The notes beneath the pieces are model-generated. The model was not told the origin of the DNA, did no database searches, and saw nothing but the letters and a program-made list of their open reading frames with translations. Below, one piece after another: positions 1 through 14,837 of a DNA stretch of 64,000 nucleotides. The stretch comes from Proteromonas lacertae. Lineage: Eukaryota. Location of the stretch: the NCBI GenBank assembly GCA_002245135.1, contig NGBS01000872.1:124001-188000 (forward strand). The letters are read 5' to 3'. Every line of letters begins with the position of its first letter. Positions within the stretch are counted from its first letter, which is position 1. Both the position numbers and the translations under genes were made by a program.

Positions 1-169
1 ATATGTTGCGGAGTATGTAATTTTGTTGAATAGTTGTATATATTCTAATATTTCTTACGTTCATTTCTTTATATATATCTGAAGTAACAGAATAAATATA
101 TCTAAAATTCTCTTCTATATAATACTTATGTAATGTAATAATTAAATCTTCATAAAATATTGACAAGGA

Positions 170-819
170 ATTGTTAAGTGTGTGCATAGAATCATATCCT
201 ATTATGTGAACTGAAAAATAGTCCAATTTAAAGAATTCACTAACACTTTTGTTAAATAAATCTGTTACTTCAGAAGAAGGTATTTTTTATATATAATATT
301 TTTATAGATTGGAAGTAATTAAGTAATATTTAATGCTTTTTTATATTCAGCTAGTGGTATTTTTTAAAAATTCTATATATCTCCTTAATTAGCAGGAATT
401 TGAAAAGAATTACGATATAATACTATATGATTATGTCTTCTTGAGCCAATAAGACTATAAAATCGAATTACATCTCTTGACATGAAGACTCAATCAAAAA
501 AAATACTAAAAAAACAAAAAAAAATAATAGTAGACAACTAATTAAAGATAGAAAAATAAAATATCTCTATTTTGAATATCATAGTGCATGGAGAACTGCT
601 GATCCAACTCTTGATATAGAAGATATATACAACATTCTTGTAGATGGTGGATATAATGTATATATTGAATATAGTAGTGTTATTTATGTAAGTCAGATGT
701 TTTTAAAATATATGACAATGCCTGATGATAAGTTTTGTGTTAATTTTCTAGCAATTAGAAAAGGAAGTGTTCATGAGAGAGATATTATGAGAAGATTATG
801 TCCAAAATGTCGATATTAA
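170..819 (+). pseudogene. Degenerate FkbM-like (Methyltransf_21) methyltransferase remnant
   Basis: 481-819 translates as HEDSI...KIKYLYFEYHSAWRT..DIEDIYNILVDGGYNVY...CRY*, resembling the FkbM C-terminus. Upstream fragments CIESYP and NLKNSLTLLLNKSVTSEEG resemble FkbM N-terminal motifs but are interrupted by in-frame stops (e.g. TGA at 478-480). Confidence 0.45.
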
Positions 820-868
820 TATAATTTATTATATTTTAATATATAATTATGTTAATTTATACTAATCT

Positions 869-1051
869 TTAATTATAAGATAATTCACTACTTCTATGGG
901 TTTCTGGTATTTTAGCTTCTAATTTAAAACTAATATTACTAGTTCTCTTTTTATAACTTAGTTTTTCACAAGAAGAAATAACATCACGATTGAAATCATT
1001 TCCAGTTATTCGAATGTAGTTAATACTGTCATTATAGTACAAAACTATTCC

Positions 1052-1094
<43 letters not shown>

Positions 1095-2629
1095 TACATC
1101 TAACAATATCTTCAACATCTTTTTTACTATAATTATTCCATGAAATATCGATATAATACAAATACTTAGTAGATCTAATTAAATCACAAATCATATTAAC
1201 AGATTTACCAGTAAAATTATTATGTCCAACTGAAAATTCTCTTAAACAATGATTTGTTTTTATTCCTTCTATTAAATACTGTAAACCAATATCAGTAATT
1301 TTATTGACATTTAAAGTCAACGTAACTAATGAGCAATCAGTTCTTTTCAACCATTTGCTAAACACTTTACACGTTTCGTCACCAAGTTCATTGGATGTTA
1401 AATCAATAATAGAAAGATTTGAATTAAATAAATACTATTTATTTAGAATATAATTATTATACTTCAAAATATGTTGCTATACTATCAGTCAAACCATTAA
1501 AACAACATTGTAATTCTCTCATAATTTGATTTGATTTTACTGAAGATATAATTTCAGCAACATCAAATACATTCACATTATTCTTACACAATAATAAACT
1601 TTCACATAAATAATTTGATTCGATATATTTAGCTAAACCAGGAATATTATAATAAGTCAAGTCTTCATAAGCTAAATCAATAATATACGATAATTCATCA
1701 TTTCCTATTATATCAGATAAATCTCTCTGACTATCTATTGATATTCTTTTTTCACAATCTGTTTTATTCTTTGAATTGTGTAATTGCTTATATTTTTCTA
1801 TTTGAGATTTTAATTCTTTACTATATCCTTCAGCATATCTTATTCTTGTAGCTTCTTCTTTTAAAGCTTTATCTCTTTCAGTTACTATTTGATTTACCTC
1901 TATTGTGTATGTTTCATTCATTTGTTTGACTAATTCGTGATATTCTAATTCATTTCTATATTCATTGTTATTATTAATAATTAAATTATATTATACTGTT
2001 CAGTAATTGCTTCAAATGTAATATTCAACAGAGACATTGCTGTTTTTGCATTGGTTGATGACTAGTTATAGAATACATAAAATAAAATAAAATACTGGAT
2101 CTGATGATAATTTATACAACTCTGAATTATAATCCTCTTTAGTCATTTCTTGCTGTTCTTTAAACATCTTTTCTATCTCTTTTAGTAAAGAAACTTTGTC
2201 CTTTTCACAAAAATAAAGTTTATCTTCATATTTTCTCCTTGCTTCAGCAAAGTCATTATATATATACTCCTGTCTAGTGAATTTATGAGTGATTTATGAA
2301 TACTCTTTTTCTGATTGATCTGTATATTTTATAGCATTCCACGTCAAACGTTTGGGACATACACATTTTATTAGTCCACATACATTACATCTATCCAAAC
2401 TCATCGCATCTATTATTGTCATTAATCAATAACAATATACGAACATAACTACTAACTGATGTATATCCCAATTCATGTGCTTTTTCTTCCTGTTCACATC
2501 GTTTTTTCACTAATTGCTTTCCTCTATGAACCATAATTGCTCTTCTCTAATTTAATGATAAGCTTAGGCGTTTTATACTTCTTCTACCGTCAATTCACTG
2601 ATATCTACATCAGAATCATAATCACTCAT
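869..2629 (-). CDS. Leucine-rich repeat (RNI-like) protein with coiled-coil N-terminus, multi-exon
   Basis: ORFs 1045-1365 and 1457-1921 carry LxxLxLxxNxIxDxG-type repeats (LVTLTLNVNKITDIG, LREFSVGHNNFTGK). ATG at 2629 (MSDYDSD); exons joined by short GT-AG introns. Confidence 0.7.
1053..1092. repeat. (AAT)n microsatellite inside an intron
   Basis: Perfect aat run; explains the spurious poly-I/poly-L ORF tails. Confidence 0.9.
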
Positions 2630-2780
2630 ATTTTGAAACGATTAAAAATTTAAATTTTCAAAATTTCGTTATTAAAAAACCAAAACACACAAACAATCAC
2701 TTACAATAATAGTCATTAACTAACATAATACTAATATTCTAATATAACTGTACAGGAAAAGTACACATATTCAATCTAAT

Positions 2781-3732
2781 TTATTCAGAATTCAATAGCG
2801 TGTTTAAATTTTCATATTCTTTAATTGTAGTTGGATCTGAATAAATTAAATCAAGTATGTTATTATTCACAAAAGATTTACAATCTTTTTTAATCACTTT
2901 CTTTGCTCTATAAGTATAGATAATATAATAATAATACACTTCATTACTTGTAGCAATACTATATAATTGTATAACATGCCTAATTAGTCTTAATGTATAA
3001 CAAGTAGTAATTTCAATATCCAATAGTGTATTATCTATTGTATTGAAGAATGTGTTAAATCTCTTTTCTGTTTCACATATATATGCCAATCCTATTGGTT
3101 CTGACAGTATTTTCTGTAGAATAAATACGCCAATCTATTAATATTATAAGTCTTTGTATATTTTTTATACTGTTTGTGATAATTCTTTATCTATCTTTAG
3201 AATATGTAGTATTACTGACATTATTTCCGTTTGCAGTAGATATATTACTGTGTCTGCATTGATTATTTTGACTAATGAAGCTACTATCGATAGACTCATC
3301 AACCTCAAACACTTAAATGAAACAGATTGAGATTCAGTTTTCATAAATGGTATTAGGTATAATAGAAGATTATCTAAATAGTAATATACATTATATATAC
3401 TTTCAATAAATAATAAATTTGTATTTTTATCTGCTGCTATACAATCTAACAGACACATTGACTCACATAATCTTAATGCTATGCTTGGTTGTATATCATT
3501 GAGTGACAAATAAGGGTAAGCAGAAATTAACTCATGAATTAAAGCTACTACCACCCCTGTGGAAAAATAGAGTAGAATACCAATTTGAGGTATATTTTTT
3601 GATTTCACTGACAAATCTGAGTAATTAAATAGATATATTGATACAATGCAGTGCGTCTGGCCTTAATTCAGGAATTTGCAGTTTTCTCAGTGTTAAATAT
3701 ATTAAATCCATGTTAACTGAAGGCTGCGTCAT
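2781..3732 (-). CDS. CNOT9: CCR4-NOT subunit Rcd1/CAF40/CNOT9 homolog (divergent)
   Basis: LQIPELRPDAL, LYFSTGVVVALIHELISAYP, LLLYLIPF, FKCLRLMSLSIVASLVK and YICETEKRF match Rcd1 motifs. Confidence 0.8.
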
Positions 3733-3909
3733 TAGTAAATCATGTTAATGTTGAAAATTGTCTTGTATCTTAAGTTAAACTTGTGTTATATCTTTTGAAA
3801 AGATTTGAGTTGAAAAATGACTAATCAGTCCTTTCATAGTAACACTATTATCACATACAATAAAATTCATTTGCAACAAATAATACAAATCAGAAATAAA
3901 TAACATAAA

Positions 3910-5049
3910 TTAATAGGAATTTGAACTACCTTCTTTCAACTTCTCATATCTCCTATAAAATTCTTTTTCTTTTTTATCCATTTCATCTCTATCATATGAT
4001 ATATTAGGTACATGCAGAGCATGGTTTATTGGCTTATATTTTGAATGATCATTCTTCATATATTCATTCAACATATTTGCCATTTCACCAACTTTAGGAA
4101 TAGGAGTATAATCATCAGGCACAGGGTCTGAACCACTATAAACAACGGTGTTATTGGCTTTTTCGTCTTCCAATTTCACACTATTATTCTTATTTCTCTC
4201 ATTCGGATTTTGTGTTAAAATTGGATCACCAGGCATGATTGGTGTTTCAGAAGACAACATTATGAATCTAATCGATTTATATAACTCATTATCTATTCTA
4301 ACAACATAATAACATAATATTATTATAAAAATATATACATTTCCTTCTTTAACCATATATCTAATATCATTTCAATTTTATTCTTTTCTTCAGTTGTTGT
4401 AGCTGTATAATAGGCACAATGAAATATTATTGGAAGTTGTGGTAATAACGCTTCGCTAATATATATATGTTCAATAACTGCATCAGGCGTTACAGTTGTG
4501 TTAGTTAGAGTGTTTGTGGAATGTTTGTTGAATGAATAAACCATAGAATCATTGATTAAAAAAATAGTATATAATCTTTTATTAAATGAGATTGATGATA
4601 ATATATGTGTGCGCATCTCTAGTGCAATACATACTGATGATTGTTCTTCTCGTTCTAATATCCAATTTCTAGTATTTGTTATAAAATTCTTTGATCCATC
4701 ATTCTCTTTCAACAGTTTTCTAAAATGCATCATATCATCAGTTGTTAGTAAAATAAGTCCTGTTGGTGGTTTAATAATATTCTGCGAAGTTTGATTAGAT
4801 TGTAAAGACAATCTACCAGATTTTATATCAAGTAAATATTTGTAATAAGAACTACCTTCACCATCGTATAAAAATAAATATTCTGGATTGTTAATTTGCT
4901 ATTACATTACATATATATTGCTGTACTCTTCTTTTCAACAGATTTTCGAATTCAAATCCATTTTTTATTACAACATCTACAGTATTAGTAATTTTTTCTA
5001 AAAGAGCTTGATTTTTGGGTGGTTCGATTATCGTTGATGAATTATTCAT
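3910..5049 (-). CDS. CHERP-like SURP + CID domain splicing factor
   Basis: N-terminal SURP (IKNGFEFE...PEYLFLYDGEGSSYYKY), CID-like (TRNWIL...KRLYTIFLINDS) and a CHERP-like segment (VGEMANML...HSKYKPI). Confidence 0.65.
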
Positions 5050-5114
5050 TTTTAAATTATTTGGTTAATGAAATATATTTTTCATAAACCCAATTTGACA
5101 TTTTTCAAAATAAA

Positions 5115-6792
5115 ATGCCTGTTCAACCAAGGTTTAGCATTACCCAAGTATACATTTAAAACAATATTTATTTTACTAGGATAATGAATTTTTATATATT
5201 GAAATAAAAACTCCCTATGTATCAGATCATTCTTTGATTTCATTGTTTTATGATTAGATTAGAGTTTCATCTATGGACTTTGTTGTTGAAGGTTGTGATT
5301 TTTCATTTTTTTGCACTCCATATTTGCTGAAATTACAATTTCCTTGTCCTTGTCTAGAGGATGATAGATGTAAAGCTGTATATGATGTAAACAATGTATA
5401 TATTGTATTTTATACATTAAATAGGATAATGGGACAATAACTGTACATTTACCTAAATTAAATAAAGGAGAAGTATTTCCTGATTTAGATTTGCAATCCA
5501 AATTATTAGTTAAAAAAACCAACGTGTTTCCAACAAAACCATCGAAGTAATAATTTGATAAAATGTAATATATTTAGACCATTGATTGAAGTGATTGGAG
5601 GAGTTGATAATGAAGAAGAAGATGAAAAAGCTGAAGAAGAAAAAGAAAAAGAAAAAGAGATAGAAGAACATAATAAACTTGATGATTTTATAAGTAGTAA
5701 TATGTCAGAATTAGAAATTGATAAATTGAAAGTAGATAATACAATATATTATGGATTTGGTAATAAATATAGTAAATTCTTTTGTAACCTACGTGTATAT
5801 ATAATGATATTATTATTATTATTTATTTATTTATTAGGAAGATTTACCAGAAATAATAGAACTTTCTGATCCTGATGAAACACCTGAAAATCAAAGAAGA
5901 ATAATCAGAAATGAGAAAGAGAATCAACAATTCGATTCAGATAGATATATTGCTGATTTTATAGAAGGAAGAAATGATCCTATTTTCGTACAAGCTATGG
6001 GTATAATTTATTTTTTATATGCTATTGTTTTGATAGATTATAAACCCCAATATATGTCTTCTAGAAAGCAACTTTATTCATCTCAAAAGCGTTGGTGTGA
6101 AGAGAATAAATCAAATGATCTTCCAACAGAATTATTAGAAGAATCTTCAGATATTTTATCAAAAGAAGATAATGATATTATATGTAAATTACCAAAAGTA
6201 TATATTAATCATCTTTATTTTTATTTCTTTATAGTATGAGTATATTTTTAGCCATACTGAAACATTAAAACTATTAAATGATTTAGTTGGTATTCTATCA
6301 GCTTATGCTTATGATTTAAGAACTACAGAAGGTGAGCCAACAGTAGAATCATCATGGACTATTTCAATATTATCACCATTATTGTCTTATTTAGAATCAA
6401 TTAGAGATTTAAAAGATTTATGTTTACTATTTTTAAGAAGAGTATTAACATATCCATATATGAGAAGATGGGATTTAGGAATACAATGCCTAAAAGATGC
6501 ACAATTTGTGTTCTTTTGTGGAAGAAAAAGAATAATTAAAACATTATTAAGTATAAGAGAAATATTCAGTAAATCAGATCAAAAATATTTACTTAATACG
6601 TTGTATATTGATCATTATATTCTGTGGATACAAACACTTTCACCAAATGTTTGTTATAATTACTCTAATACACTAAAGTCAGTAATAAATCAGCTGTCGA
6701 AAGATCAAATTGAATGGAATTTAGTAGATTTAGATAAAAAAGCTAGAGAAATAGTTAAATCTATGGCAGATGAAGAAGGAAAAGAAGAATAG
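5115..6792 (+). CDS. SHQ1: H/ACA RNP assembly factor SHQ1
   Basis: Starts MPVQPRFSITQ; CS domain with PYLLKLQFP; YYGFGNKYS; AYAYDLRTTEGEPTVESSWTI; RRVLTYPYMRRW. Six short introns. Confidence 0.9.
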
Positions 6793-6916
6793 TTATAGTT
6801 GTTCGTTTTTTTGTGTGTGTTTTTGATTAAATCACAAACATAAAAATCGACAATATATCAACTGACTGTTTATAATTACTACAAAAAAAAATATAATAAA
6901 TTATCTATTCTCTATT

Positions 6917-8561
6917 TTACAGATATTGTAACCTGTCTAAAAAATACAATTATCAAATCAAATATCTCCATTATGACAAATCATTGAATCAGATGAATTT
7001 GGAATTCCATCTAAAAGAGAATCAACGCTTGTAACTACTTTTGCATTTTCATCATCTTTATCTAAGACAATTGAACTTATGCTTTTCATTTCAGCTTTCT
7101 TTCTATTTGGACTGCATAATGGTGATCCAACAATTAAATGGTTTGAATTTCTACCACTATGCATTTCATTTGATTCATTTATTATATTACTATCTAAGCG
7201 GATTGCTCTTTTATCTCTATTTACAGCTGGAGATGCTGACATTACAATATAATTATCTTCTTTATCATCATCTGCTAATCTTCTACAGGTATATTCAGGT
7301 GATGATGTAAATGTTTCATTTGTCTCTTTTTTCTTTTCTGGAGTAGCTGGTGGAGTAGAGTATGGATTTAAATTCGATTTTTTCTTCTTCACATCAACTG
7401 CTTTAGTTGCATTTGTTGGAGGTGTTGAATTATCACTATTTTCAGTTGTTGGAGTTGATACAACTTCAACTGGAGTTAATGAGAATGATCCTGGAGGAGT
7501 ATCTAATAATCTATTACATTTCTCAGATGAATGGAAATTAACAGCAGGTGGAATGAAGAAAGATGCATTGGTAGTATCACTATAACCTCTTGATCTACAT
7601 TTATTACAATTATGCTTGTAATTGCATGTAGAATGAGGAGGAGTAAGATTATTAGTTTTATCTAAAGGTTTTAATAAATGATTATGAGATGATTTTAAAT
7701 TACTATCGTTTATGCTATCTAAAAATGAAGGTATTACTGTATCTCCATTGGGTGAAAGTGATGGTGTATTGTTCTGACTATTGTTTTGGCTATTTAATAA
7801 TGATGTAGGTGGTGATGAAAGAGGTGGTAGTTCGTGAGGTGTTTTAGGAGGTTCATCAGGTAGAAAGAATTCATTTAATTGTGGTAATCGATATTGCGAT
7901 GATAAACTACGACTAATGGATTTATTATTATTATTATTATTATTGCTGGTTGATGTGGGAAGACTATTATGATGTTTTTCATCATCTAATCTATATCTAT
8001 TATTATTATTATTACTAAAAGGATTGGATTCATTATTATTATTATTATTACTGCTACTTCTTACTGATTCTAATTTCTTTATAAATACTATTTATAAAAA
8101 TTAAAAATAAGATAAATATATACTGCTTCTATGGTTTTCTATTTCTTGAAATGATTTTATACAACGCCTATATGCGTAAACTAAGTTTTCAACTATGGCA
8201 CTATGGAATATATTCTCATTGTGAAAAAGAGTTTTACACAAAGGACATTTTCTTGTGAATTTTCCCATTTTTATAATGCATTCACTATACATAAATATAT
8301 AAAGCATACTAACAGAATATATGTCCACAAGAAATCTGACAAGGTTTTTGTAACAGATTTTTACTACATGTTATAAACAAAATCATACCATAATGGGCAA
8401 ACTAATTCTTGTTTCATTATTTCAAAAGATGTATCTAGGCTATCTAATTCCTTTTGAAGTAAATGTAACTCGTCCACTGCCTCAGCTTCTTCGTACGTAT
8501 CACCGATAAAATTTTCACTGTCGTTGTAAATAGTAATCGGTTTAGCGCTGTTTTGACCCAT
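6917..8561 (-). CDS. RING-HC finger protein (BRCA1/BARD1-like RING, long low-complexity tail, no BRCT seen)
   Basis: Spliced ELVCPLC..PCQISCGHIFC..CI...KCPLCK. The 3' end is uncertain (6958 unspliced or 6917 spliced). Confidence 0.7.
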
Positions 8562-8618
8562 AAATCTTTATCAATACAGTTCGACTTATGGCAAGCTTTT
8601 TAAATTCTTTTTTAAATT

Positions 8619-11600
8619 ATGTCGAATACTGACGAAGCTGAGTATCTTAGATTTGTATTATTATGTAGAATACCAAATATTTGCACTGATGGGTTATATG
8701 AAAAGGTATAATCACTGTTCTGATACTTCTAGACTGAATTTGGCATGGAATTGGATAATAGTCCTTATAATGGAGATTACAGTGTATTTGTTCCAGCAAA
8801 AAGAAAGTGCGATAATAAAAATGAATTAAATAATGAGATTCGTATATTTCTTCTCCATTTGATATATTAGATGATAATAACAATCAAATAAAACGTATGA
8901 AATCGGCAAATGATGAAAATGAAACAATTAAAGGTGATAATGAAATAGACACTTCAGATGAAGAAAGTTGTTGTATAGCAGATATGAAGTCAAGAAAGAA
9001 AGAGCAACTGAATATCAGTATTGATATATCAATAGAATCAAATTCAGATGAGGATGAAGATCAAGCAATAATTATAAATAAAAATAAAAAATCAAAACCA
9101 GTTAGAAAACCAAGAGTAAAGAGAGAATCTTTAAGACAAACTATTCCAAAAACAATAAAGAGACAGAAAAGGACAAAATCACTTCCAATATCACTTATAG
9201 ATGAAAATAATAATAATAATGATGATAATCCAATTATAATCAAAAAGCATAAAGTAAAGAGAACTGCTGATGTTATATCACCTACATTAAATACACTAAA
9301 TAACTGGAAAGTATATATATATATATATAATCATTTAAACAATAGAATAATTCAATCAAATATCTTCAACAGAATAGATCCTATTGTTATACAGTTGGTG
9401 ATTATGTTGTTATTAATAAATCGTCATGTATAACGGATGGAAAATTATATGACAATCAAATTGATTGGTTAGTTGCAGAAATAAAGGATATTATATTTAC
9501 ATTGACAAATGAAAAGTTATATAAAGTGACTTTGTATTTACCAATATTCGCACTTTATAATAATAATTCAATAGTAGTTGAAGTATATATTATTATTATT
9601 ATTATTATATAGGATTTTGTAGAATTACTGTTTTCAGTTGAAAATAATGAGTTTATTCCACTAATAAGATATATTAAAAATATAGATATAATTGGAATAT
9701 GTAAATCCAATATAGATATAAATAATATATCATTTAAAATTACTGGATATTATAATTGTACAAGTGATATATTATATCCACTTAATGTAGATCTAAGTAA
9801 TGGAAATCCTTGTCATTTATGTCATATATTTTATAATAATAATGAATTGAATAAATGTGATGGATATTTGTGTAATAAGACATACTGTAATAAATGTAAA
9901 GACAAATATAATAAAAGGGAAGAAGAAGAAGAAGATAATTGTGAAGTTAAATACAATAAGAAATGGTATTGTCCCAGCTGTTGTAGTAATTGTCTATGTA
10001 AAGAGTGTTATATTGATAATAAATTAAGACTATTAAACCATACAGCTATAATATATTGTTATATATGTGGATCTTATGCTATTGATTTGAAATATTGTAC
10101 AAATTGTAATAGACACTTTTGTGAGAAGTGTAAAAAGTTCTTTATGAAGAAATTGGTGGATAATAATCCATTTTATAATATTGGAAGAATAATTAAAAAT
10201 TATAATAGAAAGAATTATTTAATAGTTCAATATTTACCATCTATTGATAATTATATGTATTTTAATATATATATATATATTGATAATAGATTGGTTGAAT
10301 TGGTAAATAATGAAGTATTGGATTATAAATCTAAAACTACATGTAAGTTTACTTCTAATTTAATTAATCAATACAAAATCACGGATTTACGAGAATCATA
10401 TAATATAATATGTATTTGTAGGAACTTAAGGAATAATACTAATGTTAAAATGAAAGGTATAATAAAATGTCCATTTTGCAATGAATATTTCCATTTAAAA
10501 TGTTTACCTGAGAATGAGAGAAATGTTGAAGTTTGGTATGAATTAGGAGGATGTATATTATGTAGAGAGTATATATATATAAATATATATTAATGAAATT
10601 ATTATAGAGTAAATAATGATGATACTTCTATTGTTGATATTCAAAAAGCATCAAAATATACAGAAAATATAAAAAATGAAATTTATAATAATGAAAAAGA
10701 AAAAGTGAAATATGGAATTCCATCAATTGATCATTCTACTTGTCCACAATGTTTAGAGTTATTGAAAATGAGTAATAAATATGAATATTTGCAACAACAC
10801 TTAACACATCCACCAAATATGTATAATCGATTAATACAATGGAGTAATAACTCATTAATTAAGAAAGTAGGAAATAATATTCCAACTTTTGGATTTTATT
10901 ATGTTTCTAATAATAATAATAATACAACAATAAGTGATGAATCTAATTCTATTTTATCAATATATAAAATGGTTCATACACTTGAAATATCCTATTTATA
11001 TATATAGTATAATATTATTATCTTTAATTGTATTTATTGTTCTGAGTTTGAATTAAGTCCATGTTTATTAGAAATATGCAATCATATTACACCATCAGAT
11101 CCAAATGGTTTATATAGTGAAGAACATGAAAATAACTCACTTTCTAAAGGTAATAATAATAAGTTATGTAAAAGGCTAAAACATTATGATGATCCAATAT
11201 TAATAGAACAACATCGAATGTATCAATATTTCATAGAAACTGGTACTACAAGACCATCTAAAGTTATATCTGAAAGACAAAAGAATGTGAGTGTGGGTGA
11301 AGATTATTCAAATAATAAGAAAGATACTGATGAAAGAAGTAAAAGAAGGAATATGAGATTATATCGTAGAAATGAAGATTTATTAGACATTTCAATGTTA
11401 TCATTAGTAGAAACAAAGAAATTGAAATTTGGTAAAAGTGCAATACACAAATGGGGTGTATTTGCTGATGAAGTCATTCCTAAGGATTCATTTGTTATTG
11501 AATATAAAGGACAATTAATAAGTGGTGAAGAAGCTGATAGAAGAGAGAAATTGTATAAGGAATTAAATGTAGGAAGTGATTATGTATATAATATTAATAT

Positions 11601-11873
11601 TTCTGTTATTATTTATAGATGTTTCGAATTGATAAACATATGATAGTTGATGCTACTGTTGTTGGTTCACTTGCTAGATATATCAATCATTCTTGTAATC
11701 CAAATTGTTATACAAAAATAATTCAAGATAGTGGTAAGAAGAAAATTTGTATTTATTCTTTAAGAGAGATTAAGATTGGTGAAGAATTGACTTATAATTA
11801 TAATTTTCCAAGAGAAGAAGTGAAAATTCCTTGTTTTTGTGGTTCTAAGAATTGTGTTGGTTGGATGAATTAG
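8619..11873 (+). CDS. SET1/Trithorax-like histone lysine methyltransferase with BAH and PHD/Cys-rich fingers
   Basis: KFGKSAIHKWGVFA, VIEYKG, ARYINHSCNPNC, GEELTYNYNF and post-SET CFCGSKNCVGWMN. Upstream BAH-like (YTVGDYVVIN) and PHD-like (CIC...CPFCNEYFHLKC) segments. Confidence 0.85.
10987..11037 (+). other. Possible U12-type intron (AT-AT) in the SET gene; a canonical alternative exists
   Basis: ATATCCTA 5' end, TCTTTAAT branch-like motif at 11021-11028, removes the in-frame TAG at 11005-11007. A 36-nt GT-AG intron at 10972-11007 also restores the frame. Confidence 0.35.
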
Positions 11874-12061
11874 ATTTAATTTAATATTATAATTGTTTAT
11901 GATGAATATTGATTTTTTTTGTATTCTTTATAAGATTCTGTATAATACAATTTCTTTATTTGTTGATATGTAAATGATGAAATAAAAGAATAGAATAAAA
12001 ATGTAGGCTTGATTCTTATTTGACAATCCAAATTTTGATTTTCGATTTAATCAACACCAGA

Positions 12062-14132
12062 ATGAAAATTTCTAAAGATTTAGGTGATAATGGGTATTTA
12101 TGTATGTGATATATTTGATATAGACTATTATTGAATATGATCGAGTTTGGTTTGAGTGATTTTAGTTTGAGACTAGGAAATGGTGAAAATCTGAATGGAA
12201 TCAAATCAATTTTGTGCTATTCAAATGAAATATTTCGAAAAGTGTTAGAAGATCCTCAAGTAGAAGATCCTGTTCCTTTGTCAGAAAACATAAGTAAAGA
12301 GAGTATGTTGATGTTATTCCAATACTATGGAGGTGGTGTAGTAGAAATCCATGAAGAAAATGTTTGTAGTTTGCTGTTATTGAGTTTATATTACAATGAG
12401 AAAGAATTATTTAGTAGATTAAAAGACTATACAATAAATCACATGAATGAAGTAATTGTTAAAGATTTACTAAACAATGTAATGAATGTAGAAATGCTGA
12501 ATGAATTATACAGTTTATGTGATCTATATATTCGAGATAATCTATATATGATGATAGAAACTGAAATAATGAATGAAATCTGTTTAGATGGTTTAAAACA
12601 CATATTGAGTTTAGATAATGTATTGATTGTAAATGAGAATATGTTATTGAATAGTTTGTTGAGATATTATAAAGTGAGAAAGAATGAGATTGAAAAATGT
12701 GTAGAAAATAAGAATGAATTAATGAATTACTTGAATATGTGAATTGGAAAAAAGTGAATTATGAAATAGTTTCATTTGACGAATTGAAAGAATTTGAAAA
12801 TCTTCAAGAAATCACAATAAAGTTATCAAAATGTGATGTTAGTCATAAATACTGTTCAATTCCGAAATTATCCAATTCTAAATTCCAATCAATACTTCAA
12901 AAATACTATTTAAATCCAGAATTACTGAATAGATTTGAAGGTATATTTATTATTATTATGAGAATGAATAGAAGAAAATCTATATGAGTTATGTAGAAAT
13001 GGATGTAGATGAAGATATAAAGCTAATATTAGAATGTGATGATATAAAGTTGATAAAAATCCTGTTAATAATTCTAATCAGAATTAAAACATGAATATGA
13101 AATTCCTAAAAATCAAAAGTGGAAGTTGTTTTTTGATATATTGAAGAGTATAGAGAATGATAATGATAAAAATGAAGAAATAACTATCGAAAGTCTATCA
13201 AATTTCATTGAATGGTATATATAATATATATAATAATATATTATATAGTTGATTCGATAAAATCATTTGTGAAACTTGTGGATATGAGATTTTTTTAAAA
13301 CTGTTGAATATTGAATCATTATCTTTCGAAAAATGTGATTTAATAATCAATTATGTAAAAGAAAATGAAATGATAGAAAGTGAAGAAAAAGAAATTAGTG
13401 ATAAAAGAAATAATGAAAGAAAATGAATATGAATATGGAATTAATCAGAATATTCCAATAAAATGTGAATTTGATGGAGAAGAATGTGAATTTTCAGTTA
13501 AACCATCATTACCAAATGGTTTAATATTGAATGAGAAAACAGGTGAAATAAGTGGAAAAGTGAATGAAGAAATGAATAAAAGTGAATATGAAATAGAATG
13601 TAAACAAATGAATATAAAACAGATATTCAGAATATCATTGAAAATTATTGCGATATTTATTGAAGATTATAAAAGTGGTGGAATGTCAATAAGTGAAAAT
13701 GGCAGAAAATTAACTTGTAATGATGGTAATTATAACCATTGTTATTTGAATATGAAACTAGAAAAGAATATTTATCATTTAAGATATAAATCCATATTTA
13801 AACAATATCATCGTCCAGGATTTGGAGTTTCAACAATCAATAATTACAGTGGATATGATTATTATAAACATCAATCATGTTTAACAATATGGATTCAAAA
13901 TTCAACCCAATTATTTGGATCAAACCAAGTCACTAATCCTAATTATACAAATCACAATGGAGATGAATATGAGTATGTTGTGAATATGAAAGAAAGAACA
14001 ATATCAATAAAACAAAATAATGGAGAAGAATATCAAATATTCAGAAATATTCCTTCACCATTATATCCATTTGTTGTTATGGATTATGAGAATGAAAATA
14101 TCGAATTATTATCAGTGTCAATTGAAGATTAA
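12062..14132 (+). pseudogene. BTB/BACK - putative Ig (He_PIG-like) - SPRY-like gene, copy 1, frameshifted
   Basis: Near-identical to 37362-39490 but with apparent 1-nt indels near 12720, 13000, 13083 and 13211 and an in-frame 51-nt deletion. Some of these may be assembly errors. Confidence 0.65.
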
Positions 14133-14189
14133 TACTGTTATGTTATTTGAAGTTGTTTATTTATAAAATACACACAAATTAAAAACAAA

Positions 14190-14715
14190 TTAATTATCTG
14201 TTGAATTTTCACTCTTTACTTGTGCTTGTTCTTCTTTAATTGGAGGAGGTGGTGGTGGTGGAGGTAGACCTTGTCCATTTTGTGTTATTTGTGAATTTAG
14301 ATTCTGTTGTTGTTGAGAAGGCATTATTGGCATCATCGGCATCGGTGGCATTCCTGGCATCGGTGGTGGCATTGGCATTGGAGGCATTCCTGGAATTTGC
14401 ATTTGCTTCATGAATTGAGGCATTGCAGGCATGATAGGCATTGGTACTGGAGGTGGAGCTATTACTGGAGGAGGCGCTGTTACTCCTAATGGAACTGGAG
14501 GTGTTTCACCTTTTTCTATCATTTTTTCTAATATCTAGTGAAATAAAATTTATTTGTAGCAATAATACTGCTTTAAAGTATATTTGTACATTCTCTCTAT
14601 GTCTCCAACCCCAAGCATGTTCTTTTCTGCTTTTATACTAACAATAAATATTAAATTGAAAATATACTGAATCACTCTTCAAATATGTATTACAATAATC
14701 ACAATAATATCTCAT
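14190..14715 (-). CDS. SNRPC: U1 snRNP protein C
   Basis: Spliced MRYYCDYCNTYLKSDS|YKSRKEHAWGWRHRENV zinc finger followed by a Pro/Met-rich tail. Confidence 0.9.
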
Positions 14716-14837
14716 TATAATTCAAAAAACAAAAAAAGAAAACTAAGTTTGAATGAGGTAATCAAGCCTATATTACATTTTTCTTTTTTAAAACATCACA
14801 TTAACATACACATAATTAAAAAACATATATAAATATT

